Below are positions 25,157 to 35,900 of a DNA stretch of 64,000 bases, in pieces. The DNA comes from a virus. The notes below the pieces were generated by a model, which saw only the letters and a list, made by a program, of their open reading frames with translations, ran no database searches and was not told the DNA's origin. The stretch spans positions 1-64,000 of the IMG/VR virus record IMGVR_UViG_3300036770_005052; one strand, 5' to 3'. Position numbers and translations under genes: made by a program. Numbering within the stretch: the first letter of the stretch is position 1; each line of letters opens with the position of its first letter.

Positions 25157-26053
25157 ATGAAAAGTTTAGTTACAGGTGGTGCGGGATTTATTGGTTCTAA
25201 TCTTGTCGATAGACTTCTAGAACTTGGTCATGAAGTTGTCGTTATTGACAATGAGTATTCTGATGCTCATGATCATTTTTATTGGAATGAGAAAGCGCAA
25301 AATTATAAGTATGATATTCGTGACTATGAAAATACACGATCTCTGTATGATGATGTAGACTATGTATTTCATTTTGCTGCAGAAGCACGTATTCAACCAG
25401 CAATTTTAAATCCAATTGAAGCTGTAAGTATCAATGCAGTTGGAACTTGTACAGTGTTACAGTGTGCAAGAGAAGCTGGTGTAAAAAGAGTGATGTATTC
25501 GTCAACATCATCTGCTTATGGTATGAATGAAACTCCAAATATAGAAACACAATATGAAGATTGTTTGAATCCTTATTCTGTTTCTAAAGTTTCTGGTGAA
25601 AAGTTGTGCAGGATGTATACTAAATTGTATGGACTTCCTACTGTAATTTTTAGATACTTTAATGTTTATGGTGAGCGTCAACCTCTTCGTGGTCAATATG
25701 CACCAGTAATTGGAATTTTCCTCAGACAAAAATCTAATAATGAACCTTTAACGATTATTGGTGATGGAAATCAGAGAAGGGATTTTACTTATGTTGGTGA
25801 TGTATGTCAGGCAAATATCTTGGCGGCAACAACAGAAGTTGATTTTGATTCCTTTGGACAGGTATATAATGTTGGAACTGGTAATAATTATTCAGTGAAC
25901 CAAATCGCAAGAGTAATTTCTAATAATACTGTCAATATTCCTCCTCGTCCAGGTGAAGCACGAATCAGTCTTGCTAATAATAAAAAACTTCGTGAGACTT
26001 TTGGTTGGGAACCAACAATGAATCTTTATGAGTGGATTGTAAAAAATTCATAA
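25157..26053 (+). CDS. NAD-dependent NDP-sugar epimerase/dehydratase (GalE/WbpP-like)
   Basis: LVTGGAGFIGS, YSVSK, RYFNVYG, RDFTYV. Confidence 0.9.
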   Translation: MKSLVTGGAGFIGSNLVDRLLELGHEVVVIDNEYSDAHDHFYWNEKAQNYKYDIRDYENTRSLYDDVDYVFHFAAEARIQPAILNPIEAVSINAVGTCTVLQCAREAGVKRVMYSSTSSAYGMNETPNIETQYEDCLNPYSVSKVSGEKLCRMYTKLYGLPTVIFRYFNVYGERQPLRGQYAPVIGIFLRQKSNNEPLTIIGDGNQRRDFTYVGDVCQANILAATTEVDFDSFGQVYNVGTGNNYSVNQIARVISNNTVNIPPRPGEARISLANNKKLRETFGWEPTMNLYEWIVKNS

Positions 26054-26059
26054 TAAATT

Positions 26060-27055
26060 ATGAAAATATTTCATTATTCAATGCACGATGGATGTGCTAG
26101 TGATATAAAAAATTTTTTAAAAAAATATGACGCATCATTAAAGACTATTTTACCAAAAGAAAGACCAACTGAAAAATATATCATTACAAAAGAAAAGGCA
26201 GATGAATTGTGGAATTTGTATAATGAAGATTTTTTAAATTCTGATGTTCTTATTTTTTCCGATACAATTCCATTTTCAAGACCAGTTCTTGAAAATTTGG
26301 AATCTATACCAAAAAATACAAAAATTATTTTGTGGGTTACTAATAGATTTAATTATGCAATTGAATCGGATCAAAGTTATTATGATCTTTTAGATCGGGT
26401 TAAAAATGATTATAGGATTTATTTTCTATATTCAAACAAATTTGAAAAAGTTTACTTGAATAATTTTGTAAAAATACCCGAGAATAAACAATTCTTTTTT
26501 ACTCCTTATGGTAAAAGAAGTAGGATAGATTTTAATTTTAAAAATAAAAAAGACCATAACCAAAAACTTTTTGTGATGTCATATCAAAATGAAAAGGAAT
26601 TTTATCCACTTTTTGATGAATTAAATAATTTGGATATAGATTTTTATTGTAAGAAAGATTGGATTCCCAATGAAGAATATTGTGGTCCATATGATATTGA
26701 AACATGCTCTGCGGTTTTACATATTCCTTATGCATGGGGGACAATAGCACTGTGGGAATATATGTCCTTAGGTAAAACTTTTATACTTCCAAGTTTAGCG
26801 TGGTTAAATAGAACATATCAAGAGCGTTATTTATTCTTTCAAACTAATAAATCAATTGATATGATATCAATTTTCAGTGATTGGTATTGTAAAGAAAATG
26901 AAAATTTATTTGTTTATTTTGATGAAATATCTCAGATTAAAGATATTATTCAAAATAAACAAATGCTTATTAATAAAGGAAAACTTTGTTTTAAAAAAGT
27001 TCAAGAAAGTAACTTGATTAATCATGCAATATTTGAAAATATTATAAATTTATAA
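26060..27055 (+). CDS. Hypothetical protein, possible glycosyltransferase
   Basis: LHIPY..E.MSLG GT-B-like motif; operon context. Confidence 0.5.
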   Translation: MKIFHYSMHDGCASDIKNFLKKYDASLKTILPKERPTEKYIITKEKADELWNLYNEDFLNSDVLIFSDTIPFSRPVLENLESIPKNTKIILWVTNRFNYAIESDQSYYDLLDRVKNDYRIYFLYSNKFEKVYLNNFVKIPENKQFFFTPYGKRSRIDFNFKNKKDHNQKLFVMSYQNEKEFYPLFDELNNLDIDFYCKKDWIPNEEYCGPYDIETCSAVLHIPYAWGTIALWEYMSLGKTFILPSLAWLNRTYQERYLFFQTNKSIDMISIFSDWYCKENENLFVYFDEISQIKDIIQNKQMLINKGKLCFKKVQESNLINHAIFENIINL

Positions 27056-27058
27056 ATT

Positions 27059-27853
27059 ATGGATAAAAATAAATCTTCTTACAAACTCAAAGGCATTCCC
27101 CCAATTTATTATATCAATCTGGACGATCAGCCAGAAAGAGCACAATATATGGAGGAACAATTTAAATACTGGGAAATAGAAAATTATACTCGTATTTCTG
27201 CATATGATGGAAGAGATGATAAAGACCTTGGAGATATTTTAAAGGGTCGTTATCCAGATATGATGTCATCTGGTGAAGTTGGGTGTACAACCTCACATCT
27301 CAAAGCCATTCATCATTTTCTTGAAAACACTGATCATCCATGTGTATTAATAATGGAAGATGATTGTGATTTAGAGACTGTTAAGTATTGGCCTTTTACT
27401 TGGAAAGATTTTTATTCAAAAATACCATATGCATATGATGTAGTTCAACTTGCAATTATTAGTACAACTCCGGTGCATATATCACTTCATAGAAGATTTG
27501 TAAATGATTTTTCAACAGCTTGTTATTTAATTACTCGTCATCATGCACAAAAATTAGTTAATCTTCATATACGTGGAGATAAGTATAAAATTGATAACGG
27601 GGTAAAACCACGTGCTGTTGCAGATGACTTGATTTATAATTCTGGTAACACCTTTGCAATTCCATTATTTCTTTATAAAATTGAACTTGGGTCATCCATT
27701 CATGATGACCATATTGATACTTATCATAAAAAAACTTATGATAGTCTTTGGAATTTTTGGAAATATGAAGCGGTAGATGTTGAAAATTGGGAAAAAATAT
27801 TTGATTATAATCCATATTATGGAACACTTCCACCAGGATATGAAAGTGAATAG
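27059..27853 (+). CDS. GT25 family glycosyltransferase
   Basis: YINLD...R, ISAYDG, GEVGCTTSH, IMEDD. Confidence 0.85.
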   Translation: MDKNKSSYKLKGIPPIYYINLDDQPERAQYMEEQFKYWEIENYTRISAYDGRDDKDLGDILKGRYPDMMSSGEVGCTTSHLKAIHHFLENTDHPCVLIMEDDCDLETVKYWPFTWKDFYSKIPYAYDVVQLAIISTTPVHISLHRRFVNDFSTACYLITRHHAQKLVNLHIRGDKYKIDNGVKPRAVADDLIYNSGNTFAIPLFLYKIELGSSIHDDHIDTYHKKTYDSLWNFWKYEAVDVENWEKIFDYNPYYGTLPPGYESE

Positions 27854-27953
27854 TAAGTAATTTTACTTATATTTTTATATTAAAACAAAGGGGGGGCTTG
27901 ACACCCCTTTCTTTTTGCTATATAATTGTGTAACAATTCTTAACGAATTTACA

Positions 27954-28148
27954 ATGACTGTAACAACTAATGATCGTGGGCAACAGAATATGTGGGCAAA
28001 AGAACCCACTATGTACTACGAAAACTACGGGATGGATACTCCCAATCAAGTAAAGGAGAGGTATAATGGGCGTTGGGCAATGGTCGGCATTATTGCTGGT
28101 GCTATTTCTTATGCTCTCACTGGCAAACTCTTCTTCGGAATCTTCTGA
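27954..28148 (+). CDS. hli: High-light-inducible protein
   Basis: ERYNGRWAMVG chlorophyll-binding motif; NMWAKEP N-terminus. Confidence 0.9.
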   Translation: MTVTTNDRGQQNMWAKEPTMYYENYGMDTPNQVKERYNGRWAMVGIIAGAISYALTGKLFFGIF

Positions 28149-28233
28149 TGACTGAACTTATTTGGACAGTAACCACTGTTGCTTTTTTTGTGACTTTGGG
28201 TTATGCTGTGGAGAAACTTGCTGAAACTTATTG

Positions 28234-28431
28234 ATGAGTGCTAATATGCTTGGGCAACTTGGAGTTGCTCTTCAAGAGGTTGGTTGGGATCGAGATGTAG
28301 AACTAGAAGTCAAAGTCGCAGGCACCCTCAAAAATGATAAGTTTATTGTAATTAAACCTATCAAAGAAAAACTGGTTTCTAATCTAGATCCAAGTCTTAA
28401 ACAACAACACCCTTATAAAGGAGAAAACTAA
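28234..28431 (+). CDS. Hypothetical protein
   Basis: Coupled ORF between hli genes. Confidence 0.6.
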   Translation: MSANMLGQLGVALQEVGWDRDVELEVKVAGTLKNDKFIVIKPIKEKLVSNLDPSLKQQHPYKGEN

Positions 28432-28550
28432 TGGAAAAAATTTTTACTGAAAAAGCAGAACGCCTGAATGGTCGTCTTGCAATGCTAGGATTTGTTGCCG
28501 CTGTTGGTGCATATCTCACTAGTGGGCAAGTGATTCCGGGAATTTTTTGA
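28431..28550 (+). CDS. hli: High-light-inducible protein (39 aa)
   Basis: AERLNGRLAMLGF...GQVIPGIF; AGGAG RBS. Confidence 0.93.
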   Translation: MEKIFTEKAERLNGRLAMLGFVAAVGAYLTSGQVIPGIF

Positions 28551-28632
28551 GTATTAGAAAATCAACACACCTTTGAAATAACACTTAATGATTCTTAACT
28601 CTGCCCCTAAATAAGGCAGAGTTTTTTTGTAT

Positions 28633-28794
28633 ATGCCACGAGGACAACTGACCAAGCAAGAAATAAAGAGAATATTGTTGATGTATAAAAACGAATTATA
28701 CGAAGAAAATATCGGATACACTTCAGACCCAAAGGGACTTGCTCACAAGTATTTGAACAAGGTATTGGATAAAATTGAGGAGTATGCCAGATGA
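28633..28794 (+). CDS. Hypothetical protein (53 aa)
   Basis: MPRGQLTKQEIKRILL...LDKIEEYAR. Confidence 0.6.
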   Translation: MPRGQLTKQEIKRILLMYKNELYEENIGYTSDPKGLAHKYLNKVLDKIEEYAR

Positions 28795-28892
28795 GCAATT
28801 GGACCTATTGACAGGATTTCCTGACAATGCTATGATAAATAGGTAAACAAATGTTAAGAAATCCTCATAATTCTTAACATTGTTCCTCTACC

Positions 28893-28960
28893 TAACCGAG
28901 ACCTATGGGGAGGTTAAACACAGTCTCTCATACCCACAATGGAGGGTGTTGTGGGAAATA
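28893..28960 (+). ncRNA. PhotoRC-II-like psbA leader RNA
   Basis: GAGAC/GTCTC stem, TCATA linker and CCCACAA/TTGTGGG stem directly upstream of psbA. Confidence 0.7.
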
Positions 28961-29007
28961 CTATACTATCCAGTTCCCCCTGGACTTTATTTACCCTTTA
29001 ACGAAAA

Positions 29008-30300
29008 ATGACTGCTACTATTGCTACACGCCGTTCTGGCGAAAACCTCTGGGAACAATTTTGCCAGTGGGTTACTTCAACGAACAACCGTCTTTATGTC
29101 GGTTGGTTCGGAACTCTGATGATTCCTACATTGCTTGCTGCTACTGTATGTTTCATCGTCGCCTTCATTGCAGCCCCACCAGTGGACATTGATGGCATTC
29201 GTGAACCTGTTGCTGGTTCACTCATGTACGGAAACAACATCATCTCTGGTGCCGTTGTTCCAAGTTCTAATGCGATTGGATTGCATTTTTACGCAATCTG
29301 GGAAGCAACAAGTCTTGATGAATGGCTTTATAATGGCGGACCTTTCCAACTGATTGTGTTCCACTTCCTCATTGGCATCTATTGCTATATGGGTCGTGAA
29401 TGGGAACTCTCATATCGTTTGGGTATGCGTCCTTGGATTATGGTTGCTTACAGTGCTCCTGTTGCTGCTGCATCTGCTGTATTCCTAGTATATCCTTTTG
29501 GACAAGGTTCATTCTCTGATGCGATGCCTCTTGGTATCTCTGGTACTTTCAACTATATGTTTGTGTTCCAGGCAGAGCACAATATCCTGATGCACCCATT
29601 CCATATGCTTGGAGTTGCTGGTGTCTTCGGTGGTTCTCTGTTCAGTGCTATGCACGGTTCTCTTGTTACTTCTTCACTGGTTCGTGAAACCACTGAAACT
29701 GAATCGCAGAACTACGGTTACAAGTTCGGTCAAGAAGAAGAGACTTATAACATCGTTGCTGCTCACGGTTATTTTGGTCGTCTAATCTTCCAATATGCAT
29801 CGTTCAACAACTCTCGTAGTCTTCACTTCTTCCTTGCTGCCTGGCCCGTTGTAGGCATCTGGTTTGCTGCTCTTGGTGTGAGCACCATGGCATTCAACCT
29901 GAATGGTTTCAACTTCAATCAGTCAATTCAAGATAGTCAAGGTCATGTTATTAACACTTGGGCGGACATCTTGAATCGTGCTGGACTCGGAATGGAAGTT
30001 ATGCATGAGCGTAGATTTGGGTATTGCGCTCTTTAAATCGGATGAATTGCTGGAAACCCCAAGTGGGCAATCAGCAGCCAAGTCTTAGATACATCTAAGA
30101 AAGGTTCAGAGACTACCTGAGGAATAAAGTTTCCTTAATAACAGGGTTAGCGTCCGACACCAGAAATGGTGATGATATAGTCCAATCCTGGTAGTAATAC
30201 CAGATTTCAAGAGGTTTATAAGAATGCCCACAATTTCCCTCTTGACCTTGCATCAGTTGAAGCAACTCCTGTTGCCTTGACTGCTCCAACCATCGGTTGA
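29008..30300 (+). CDS. psbA: Photosystem II D1 protein, join(29008..30012,30223..30300)
   Basis: Typical D1 sequence; ...VMHER continues as [11 protein letters not shown]...APTIG* after intron removal. Confidence 0.97.
30013..30222 (+). mobile_element. Group I self-splicing intron (210 nt, no internal ORF)
   Basis: 5' exon ends in U and the intron ends in G; IGS GCGCUC pairs GAGCGU and GGGUAUU pairs AAUGCCC (P10); core AAUCAGCAG, GUUCAGAGACUA, GAUAUAGUCC. Confidence 0.93.
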
Positions 30301-30309
30301 TATAATTAG

Positions 30310-30335
30310 GAGGAACTCTTCGGAGTTCCTTTTTT
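30310..30335 (+). terminator. psbA terminator overlapping the late promoter of the endonuclease gene
   Basis: AGGAACTC-TTCG-GAGTTCCT + T run, then TATAAATA. Confidence 0.85.
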
Positions 30336-30365
30336 ATAAATAATTATGCACGAAAGAAAACACGA

Positions 30366-30794
30366 ATGACTAAACTTTACTCCGAACTTTATAGAAACTG
30401 CATGACCTGTGGCAAGGAAAAACTTGCTACGGATTTTTATGTGAGAAATAAAGTGAATATGGTTCGTCATTCATCTTGCAAAGAATGTGATAAAGCAAGG
30501 GTTAGAAAAAGACATCAAGATAATCCAGAACGCACAAGAAATAATGACCTAAAAAGAAACTATGGTATAACTCTCCAAGAACATCAGCAGATGTTTGACG
30601 AACAAAAAGGTGTTTGTGCTATTTGTAAAGGTGAAGGTGATGGTAAATGGAAAAAACTTTGTGTAGACCACGATCACGAAACTGGTAAAGTTCGTCAACT
30701 TCTTTGTAGGAATTGTAATATGGTATTGGGACAGGTTGGAGATAATATAAATCTTCTGGAGGAAATGATTAAATACTTACAAAAGCACTCATAA
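30366..30794 (+). CDS. Free-standing EndoVII-type homing endonuclease (F-CphI-like)
   Basis: RNYGIT, CAIC, LCVDHDHETGKVRQLLCRNCN; immediately 3' of intron-containing psbA. Confidence 0.85.
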   Translation: MTKLYSELYRNCMTCGKEKLATDFYVRNKVNMVRHSSCKECDKARVRKRHQDNPERTRNNDLKRNYGITLQEHQQMFDEQKGVCAICKGEGDGKWKKLCVDHDHETGKVRQLLCRNCNMVLGQVGDNINLLEEMIKYLQKHS

Positions 30795-30896
30795 AAATGC
30801 TACTCATCCTACTACTCTTCCAACTCTTTGGATTCTTCCTTTTCCTGATGTCCCTCACACAAGAACTTTAATACATACAATAGTTACTCTTTAACT

Positions 30897-31058
30897 ATGA
30901 AAACCCTAACCTTCACAGAAGAACAAGTTAAACTTTTGGTAGATGCTGTGTGGATGCGCCAGAGATGTTTTATCGCAGGAGATAAAAGATTCAGAGAATA
31001 TGGGGAAATGCTGGATAACCTAACCAAAGATACGGAATATAAACCATCAAGATTTTGA
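30897..31058 (+). CDS. Hypothetical protein (53 aa)
   Basis: MKTLTFTEEQVKLLVDAVWMRQRCFIAGD... Confidence 0.6.
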   Translation: MKTLTFTEEQVKLLVDAVWMRQRCFIAGDKRFREYGEMLDNLTKDTEYKPSRF

Positions 31059-31060
31059 TT

Positions 31061-31768
31061 ATGACTTACGATACAGTTTTTATTTCTGATGTACATTTGG
31101 GAACAAACAGATGCAATATCAAAAAGTTTTTACAGTTTTTAAAACAACTTAAAACAAAGAAGTTGGTGTTAGTCGGAGACATTATTGACATTGCTTGTTT
31201 GGAGACGCATCATACGCATTGGAAGAAAGATCATACAGAAGCTCTTCATCAAATTTTAAACCTTGCCAAGAAAGGCACAGAAATCGTTTATGTTTTAGGA
31301 AATCACGAAGGGCAGATTCGTCGTTACTGTGATTTTGAGCATAAGAATTTTAAAATGGTAAATGAATACACACATAAAGATTCGAAGGGTAATAAATTTC
31401 TTTGTGTGCATGGAGACAAGTATTCAGAGTATTCTTCTGGATCTTGGAAGCAACTGATATTCAATAAGGGATATGAATTCATCACACCATTGAGTTTGTT
31501 TCTAGAAAGATTCTTTCGTTTCTCATTGGTGTATGCTCTGAAGAATACCATTCGTGGAAAGAGATACATCAATCAATATGAGACTGATATTGCATCATAT
31601 TGTGTGCAAAGATATAAGAAGTATAATGGTGTAATCTGTGGGCATATTCATCACGCAAACATTCGTTACTTTAATAAACTTCTTTATATGTGCTGTGGTG
31701 ATTGGTGTGATACCTGCTCTGCGATTGTGGAGAAGAATGGAATCTATGCTCTTGAAAAATACAAATGA
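31061..31768 (+). CDS. Metallophosphoesterase, LpxH-like
   Basis: ISDVHLG, LVGDIID, GNHE, VHGD, CGHIH, GDW. Confidence 0.85.
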   Translation: MTYDTVFISDVHLGTNRCNIKKFLQFLKQLKTKKLVLVGDIIDIACLETHHTHWKKDHTEALHQILNLAKKGTEIVYVLGNHEGQIRRYCDFEHKNFKMVNEYTHKDSKGNKFLCVHGDKYSEYSSGSWKQLIFNKGYEFITPLSLFLERFFRFSLVYALKNTIRGKRYINQYETDIASYCVQRYKKYNGVICGHIHHANIRYFNKLLYMCCGDWCDTCSAIVEKNGIYALEKYK

Positions 31769-31873
31769 TTAGTTCGGAGACACCTTATAAACTCGCAGAA
31801 ATTATAAGGGATACTTTTCCAAACCTTTACAGAAAACCAGAAGTACCTTATAATGAAGAAAAGAAATCAAAAG

Positions 31874-32179
31874 ATGAAAAAGTATAATGAAGAATATTTT
31901 TCAGTGATTGACAAAAGAACTGGAAGAAAGATTGTTGATTGTGGTGATGAGATGGACGCACTGACAATGGTTTCCTTTGATTCACAAAACCGAACGATTA
32001 CAAGAAATAAGATTTTGATGAGTCCTGTGATTGATATAGAAATGCCAAAGGCACTTCCAACCAGTTTGATTGATACTACTGGTTATAAGGAGCATCAGGA
32101 CAATTGGATTGTGGATAAAATTAATGAACTGCCACAAATTAAACTTCCAGAAGGTCAAGGAGAACCTGTGGTGGTATGA
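31874..32179 (+). CDS. Hypothetical protein
   Basis: ORF track; coupled to the next ORF. Confidence 0.6.
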   Translation: MKKYNEEYFSVIDKRTGRKIVDCGDEMDALTMVSFDSQNRTITRNKILMSPVIDIEMPKALPTSLIDTTGYKEHQDNWIVDKINELPQIKLPEGQGEPVVV

Positions 32180-32373
32180 ACCATCGTAAACATAAACAAG
32201 CAGAGAATCTCAAAAAGAAAAAGATGTATACACCTGAGGGTTACGTTGGAGACCCCCCAGATGCTAAATGTCCACACTGCGGGGAATCTAAAAAATCTTG
32301 TTCTTATGTAAATAATTTAAGTCGTGCTTGGGCGAGAGATGCTTGTGCTAAAAAAAATTCAAAATCTTCTTGA
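32176..32373 (+). CDS. Small Cys-containing hypothetical protein
   Basis: CPHC..C..C; ATGA overlap. Confidence 0.55.
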   Translation: MNHRKHKQAENLKKKKMYTPEGYVGDPPDAKCPHCGESKKSCSYVNNLSRAWARDACAKKNSKSS

Positions 32374-32486
32374 AAGAGATAGTGACATAACATATTATGA
32401 TGAGTTTCATTATATTTTTATAACATTGTATGAATTAATAAAAGTTATTATTCGTAGAAATAAATAATTATAAGTCGCAGATACTT

Positions 32487-32858
32487 ATGGTTCCTCTCCA
32501 TTCGCCTCAAGACTATTTGTTTAATCTTTATGCGACAAATTCTGGAGAAGCAAAACGAATATGGAGAAAACATATTAAAGAACAATGGAATTATCAATGT
32601 GCTTATTGTGGATCTGTAGAAAATTTAACCATTGATCACATAGTTCCACAATCAAAGGGTGGAAAGGACATTACTAAAAATGTAGTCTGTTGTTGTCATT
32701 CTTGTAATCAAGATAAATCACATACCCCTTGGGAACAGTGGTACTTATCACAAGAATTTTTTTCTGAAGAAAGATATGAAAAAATAAATGATTGGATGAA
32801 ACCAGAACCTCCTACGAACTTGTTTACTTATAAGCAAAGAAAGACTATTTCCGGTTAG
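32487..32858 (+). CDS. HNH endonuclease
   Basis: CAYCG..LTIDHIVPQSKGG..NVVCCC.SCN.DK. Confidence 0.88.
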   Translation: MVPLHSPQDYLFNLYATNSGEAKRIWRKHIKEQWNYQCAYCGSVENLTIDHIVPQSKGGKDITKNVVCCCHSCNQDKSHTPWEQWYLSQEFFSEERYEKINDWMKPEPPTNLFTYKQRKTISG

Positions 32859-32907
32859 ATAAATAACTTTAATAAAGCACATACTCATAATCTAAGAGTA
32901 TTCTAGA

Positions 32908-35900
32908 ATGCCTGATATTAGAGTAAATGTAAATCCATCAAATGTTACTAATGTAAGAGTTGGCCCGGAAAATGCTATTAAAGTAGTATCTAGTGCTACT
33001 GGACCTTCTGGTGCTCAAGGAATTCAAGGCACTCAAGGATTTACTGGATCTGGTGATCAGGGTGTTCAGGGAACACCTGGAGGTTTTGCTGGTAAGGGAG
33101 ATCAAGGAGCTCAAGGTCTTCAGGGATATCAGGGGATTCAAGGACTTGGTGCCCAAGGACTTCGGGGTGATCAAGGTACTCAAGGTTTACAAGGTACTCA
33201 AGGTTTACAAGGAACTCAAGGATCACAAGGTACTCAAGGTGTTGGATCACAGGGTACTCAAGGTTTACAAGGAACTCAAGGATCACAAGGTACTCAAGGT
33301 GTTGGATCGCAGGGTACTCAAGGACTTCAGGGTTATCAAGGTACTCAAGGTTTACAAGGAACTCAAGGATCACAAGGTACTCAAGGACTTCAGGGTTATC
33401 AAGGTCTTCAAGGACTCCAAGGTTCTCAAGGATCACAAGGCACTCAAGGACTTCAAGGTGATCAAGGTATTCAGGGAACTCAAGGACTTCAGGGTTATCA
33501 AGGTCTTCAAGGACTCCAAAGTTCTCAAGGTCTTCAAGGACTCCAAGGTTCTCAAGGTTTACAGGGTTCTCAAGGTCTTCAAGGTACTCAAGGACTTCAG
33601 GGTGATCAAGGTATTCAAGGAATTCAAGGTTCACAAGGAATTAAGGGTGATCCTGGAATTGCTGGTGAAACATATTGGGAAAAAAATTCAACAGGAATTA
33701 ATACCTCTTCTAATGTTGGTATTGGAACTACAAATGCTCAATATACACTTTCTGTTACTAATAACACATCATCAACACAAGATCTATCAAATGTTCTTGC
33801 GGATTTTAGTGGAAATGTAAATTCATTTACCCAAGTCAATATTCGTAATGCGTTTTCTGGATCAAATTCATCATCTGATTTAGTTTTTACTGCAGATAAT
33901 GGTAATAATGAATTAAACTTTTTAAATCTTGGAATTAATAATACTGGATTTGGAACTGATACTTGGACTATTAATGGACCAACTGATGGATACTTATATG
34001 CTTCTGATGGTAATCTATCTTTGGGTGTTGGAAAAACTACATCATATCTTTCATTATTTTCTGGTGGAACATTAGCAGAAAATGAGAAAGTTAGATTTAC
34101 TAATAATGGAGTTGGTATTGGTACTACATTAACTCCAGCATTCCTTAATGTTTCTGGTGATGTTATTTTTGAAGGTGTAACAACTACAGAACTTCTTCGT
34201 GTAACACAACTTGGAACTGGTCCTGCTTTTCTTGTTGAACATGGATCACGTAATGATACAAATGCATTTACTATTTTAAACAGTGGTCAAGTTGGTATTG
34301 GTGTTCTGACTCCTGCTGAACAATATGTTCTAGAAGTTGATGGTGGAGATATAAGATTTGTAAAAGGAGGTGAAGGTGATGTTGTAATTACTCATGAAAA
34401 TTTAGTATCTAATGTACGTGCGGAAGGAACTGTCCAACTTGGTCTAGGTGCCAATGGACAAAATGATGCTATAAGAATTGACTTAAATCAAAACGTTGGT
34501 ATAGGTTCTACACTTCCAAAATCAAAATTGGATGTTACTGGAAATGCAAGAATTTCTGGTATTTTAACAGTTGGGTCTTCAAGTATTACTCTTGATGGTA
34601 ATACTAATATAATGAATGTTGGTGCTGGTGTTACACTTTATGGTAATACTGGGATTGTAAGTGCAACTAGTTTTTATGGTGATGGATCAAAATTAACTGG
34701 GGTCGGGTCATCACTTACTGTTAGTACCAGAACTGGATATGCTGGAATTAATAGTACTGATGCTATAACAAATGTAAGTGCTATTAGATTTGATAAAAAT
34801 ACTGGATTTGCAGTTACCGATCTTGGAAACGGTGAAGTTTTTGTTGAATTTGGAAGCACTTTTAAAACTTGGACTGTTGATGGGCAAACTTCACTTGAGG
34901 CAGTTGGTGAAGATACTGTTGAGTTTGTTGCTGGTCCTGGAATCGCAATTACAACTAGAGCTAGTGATCCTAAAAAAATAACTTTTTCAACAACTTCTGG
35001 TATTGGTTCAACAGGATCTCAAGGCACTCAAGGACTTCAAGGATCTATTGGTTCTCAAGGATTCCAAGGACTTCAAGGATCTATTGGTTCTCAAGGATTC
35101 CAAGGACTTCAAGGTGATCAAGGTATTCAAGGTATTCAAGGATTACAAGGTAGCCAAGGTCTTCAAGGTGATCAGGGATCTCAAGGATTACAGGGAACCC
35201 AAGGACTACAGGGTATTCAAGGTATTCAAGGTCTTCAAGGACTCCAAGGTGATCAAGGTATTCAGGGAACTCAAGGTCTTCATGGTGATCAAGGTACTCA
35301 AGGACTCCAAGGTTCTCAAGGATCACAAGGATCACAAGGCACTCAAGGACTTCAGGGTATTCAAGGTTTACAAGGTTTACAAGGTTTACAAGGAACTCAA
35401 GGTCTTCAGGGATCTCAAGGATTTCAAGGTCTCCAAGGTCTCCAAGGAACTGGTTCTCAGGGAAATCAAGGTCTTCAGGGAGTTGGGTCTCAAGGAAATC
35501 AAGGTCTTCAAGGTCTTCAAGGATCTATTGGTTCTCAAGGATTCCAAGGTCTTCAAGGTGATCAGGGTATTCAAGGTTCACAAGGAACTCAAGGTCTTCA
35601 AGGATCTATTGGTTCTCAAGGATTTCAAGGTCTTCAAGGTCCTATTGGACCAAAGGGTACTGATGGTACTTCTGTTACTATTAAAGGATCTTTGGCATTA
35701 ACTCCAGGTAATGAGCAAACACAATTAAATGATTCTGGAAACTCTTGGTATCCACCCCAAAGTGGAGATGGTGTTATTGATAGTAATACTGGAAATTTAT
35801 GGGTTTATAATGGTTCTACATGGAATAATGTTGGAAGTGTAAGAGGTCCTCAAGGAACTCAAGGAACTCAAGGATCACAAGGATCGCAAGGTAACCAAGG

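Noticed and set aside
29008-30036. psbA as a truncated pseudogene
   Set aside because: The missing C-terminus is present at 30223-30300 after a well-formed group I intron.
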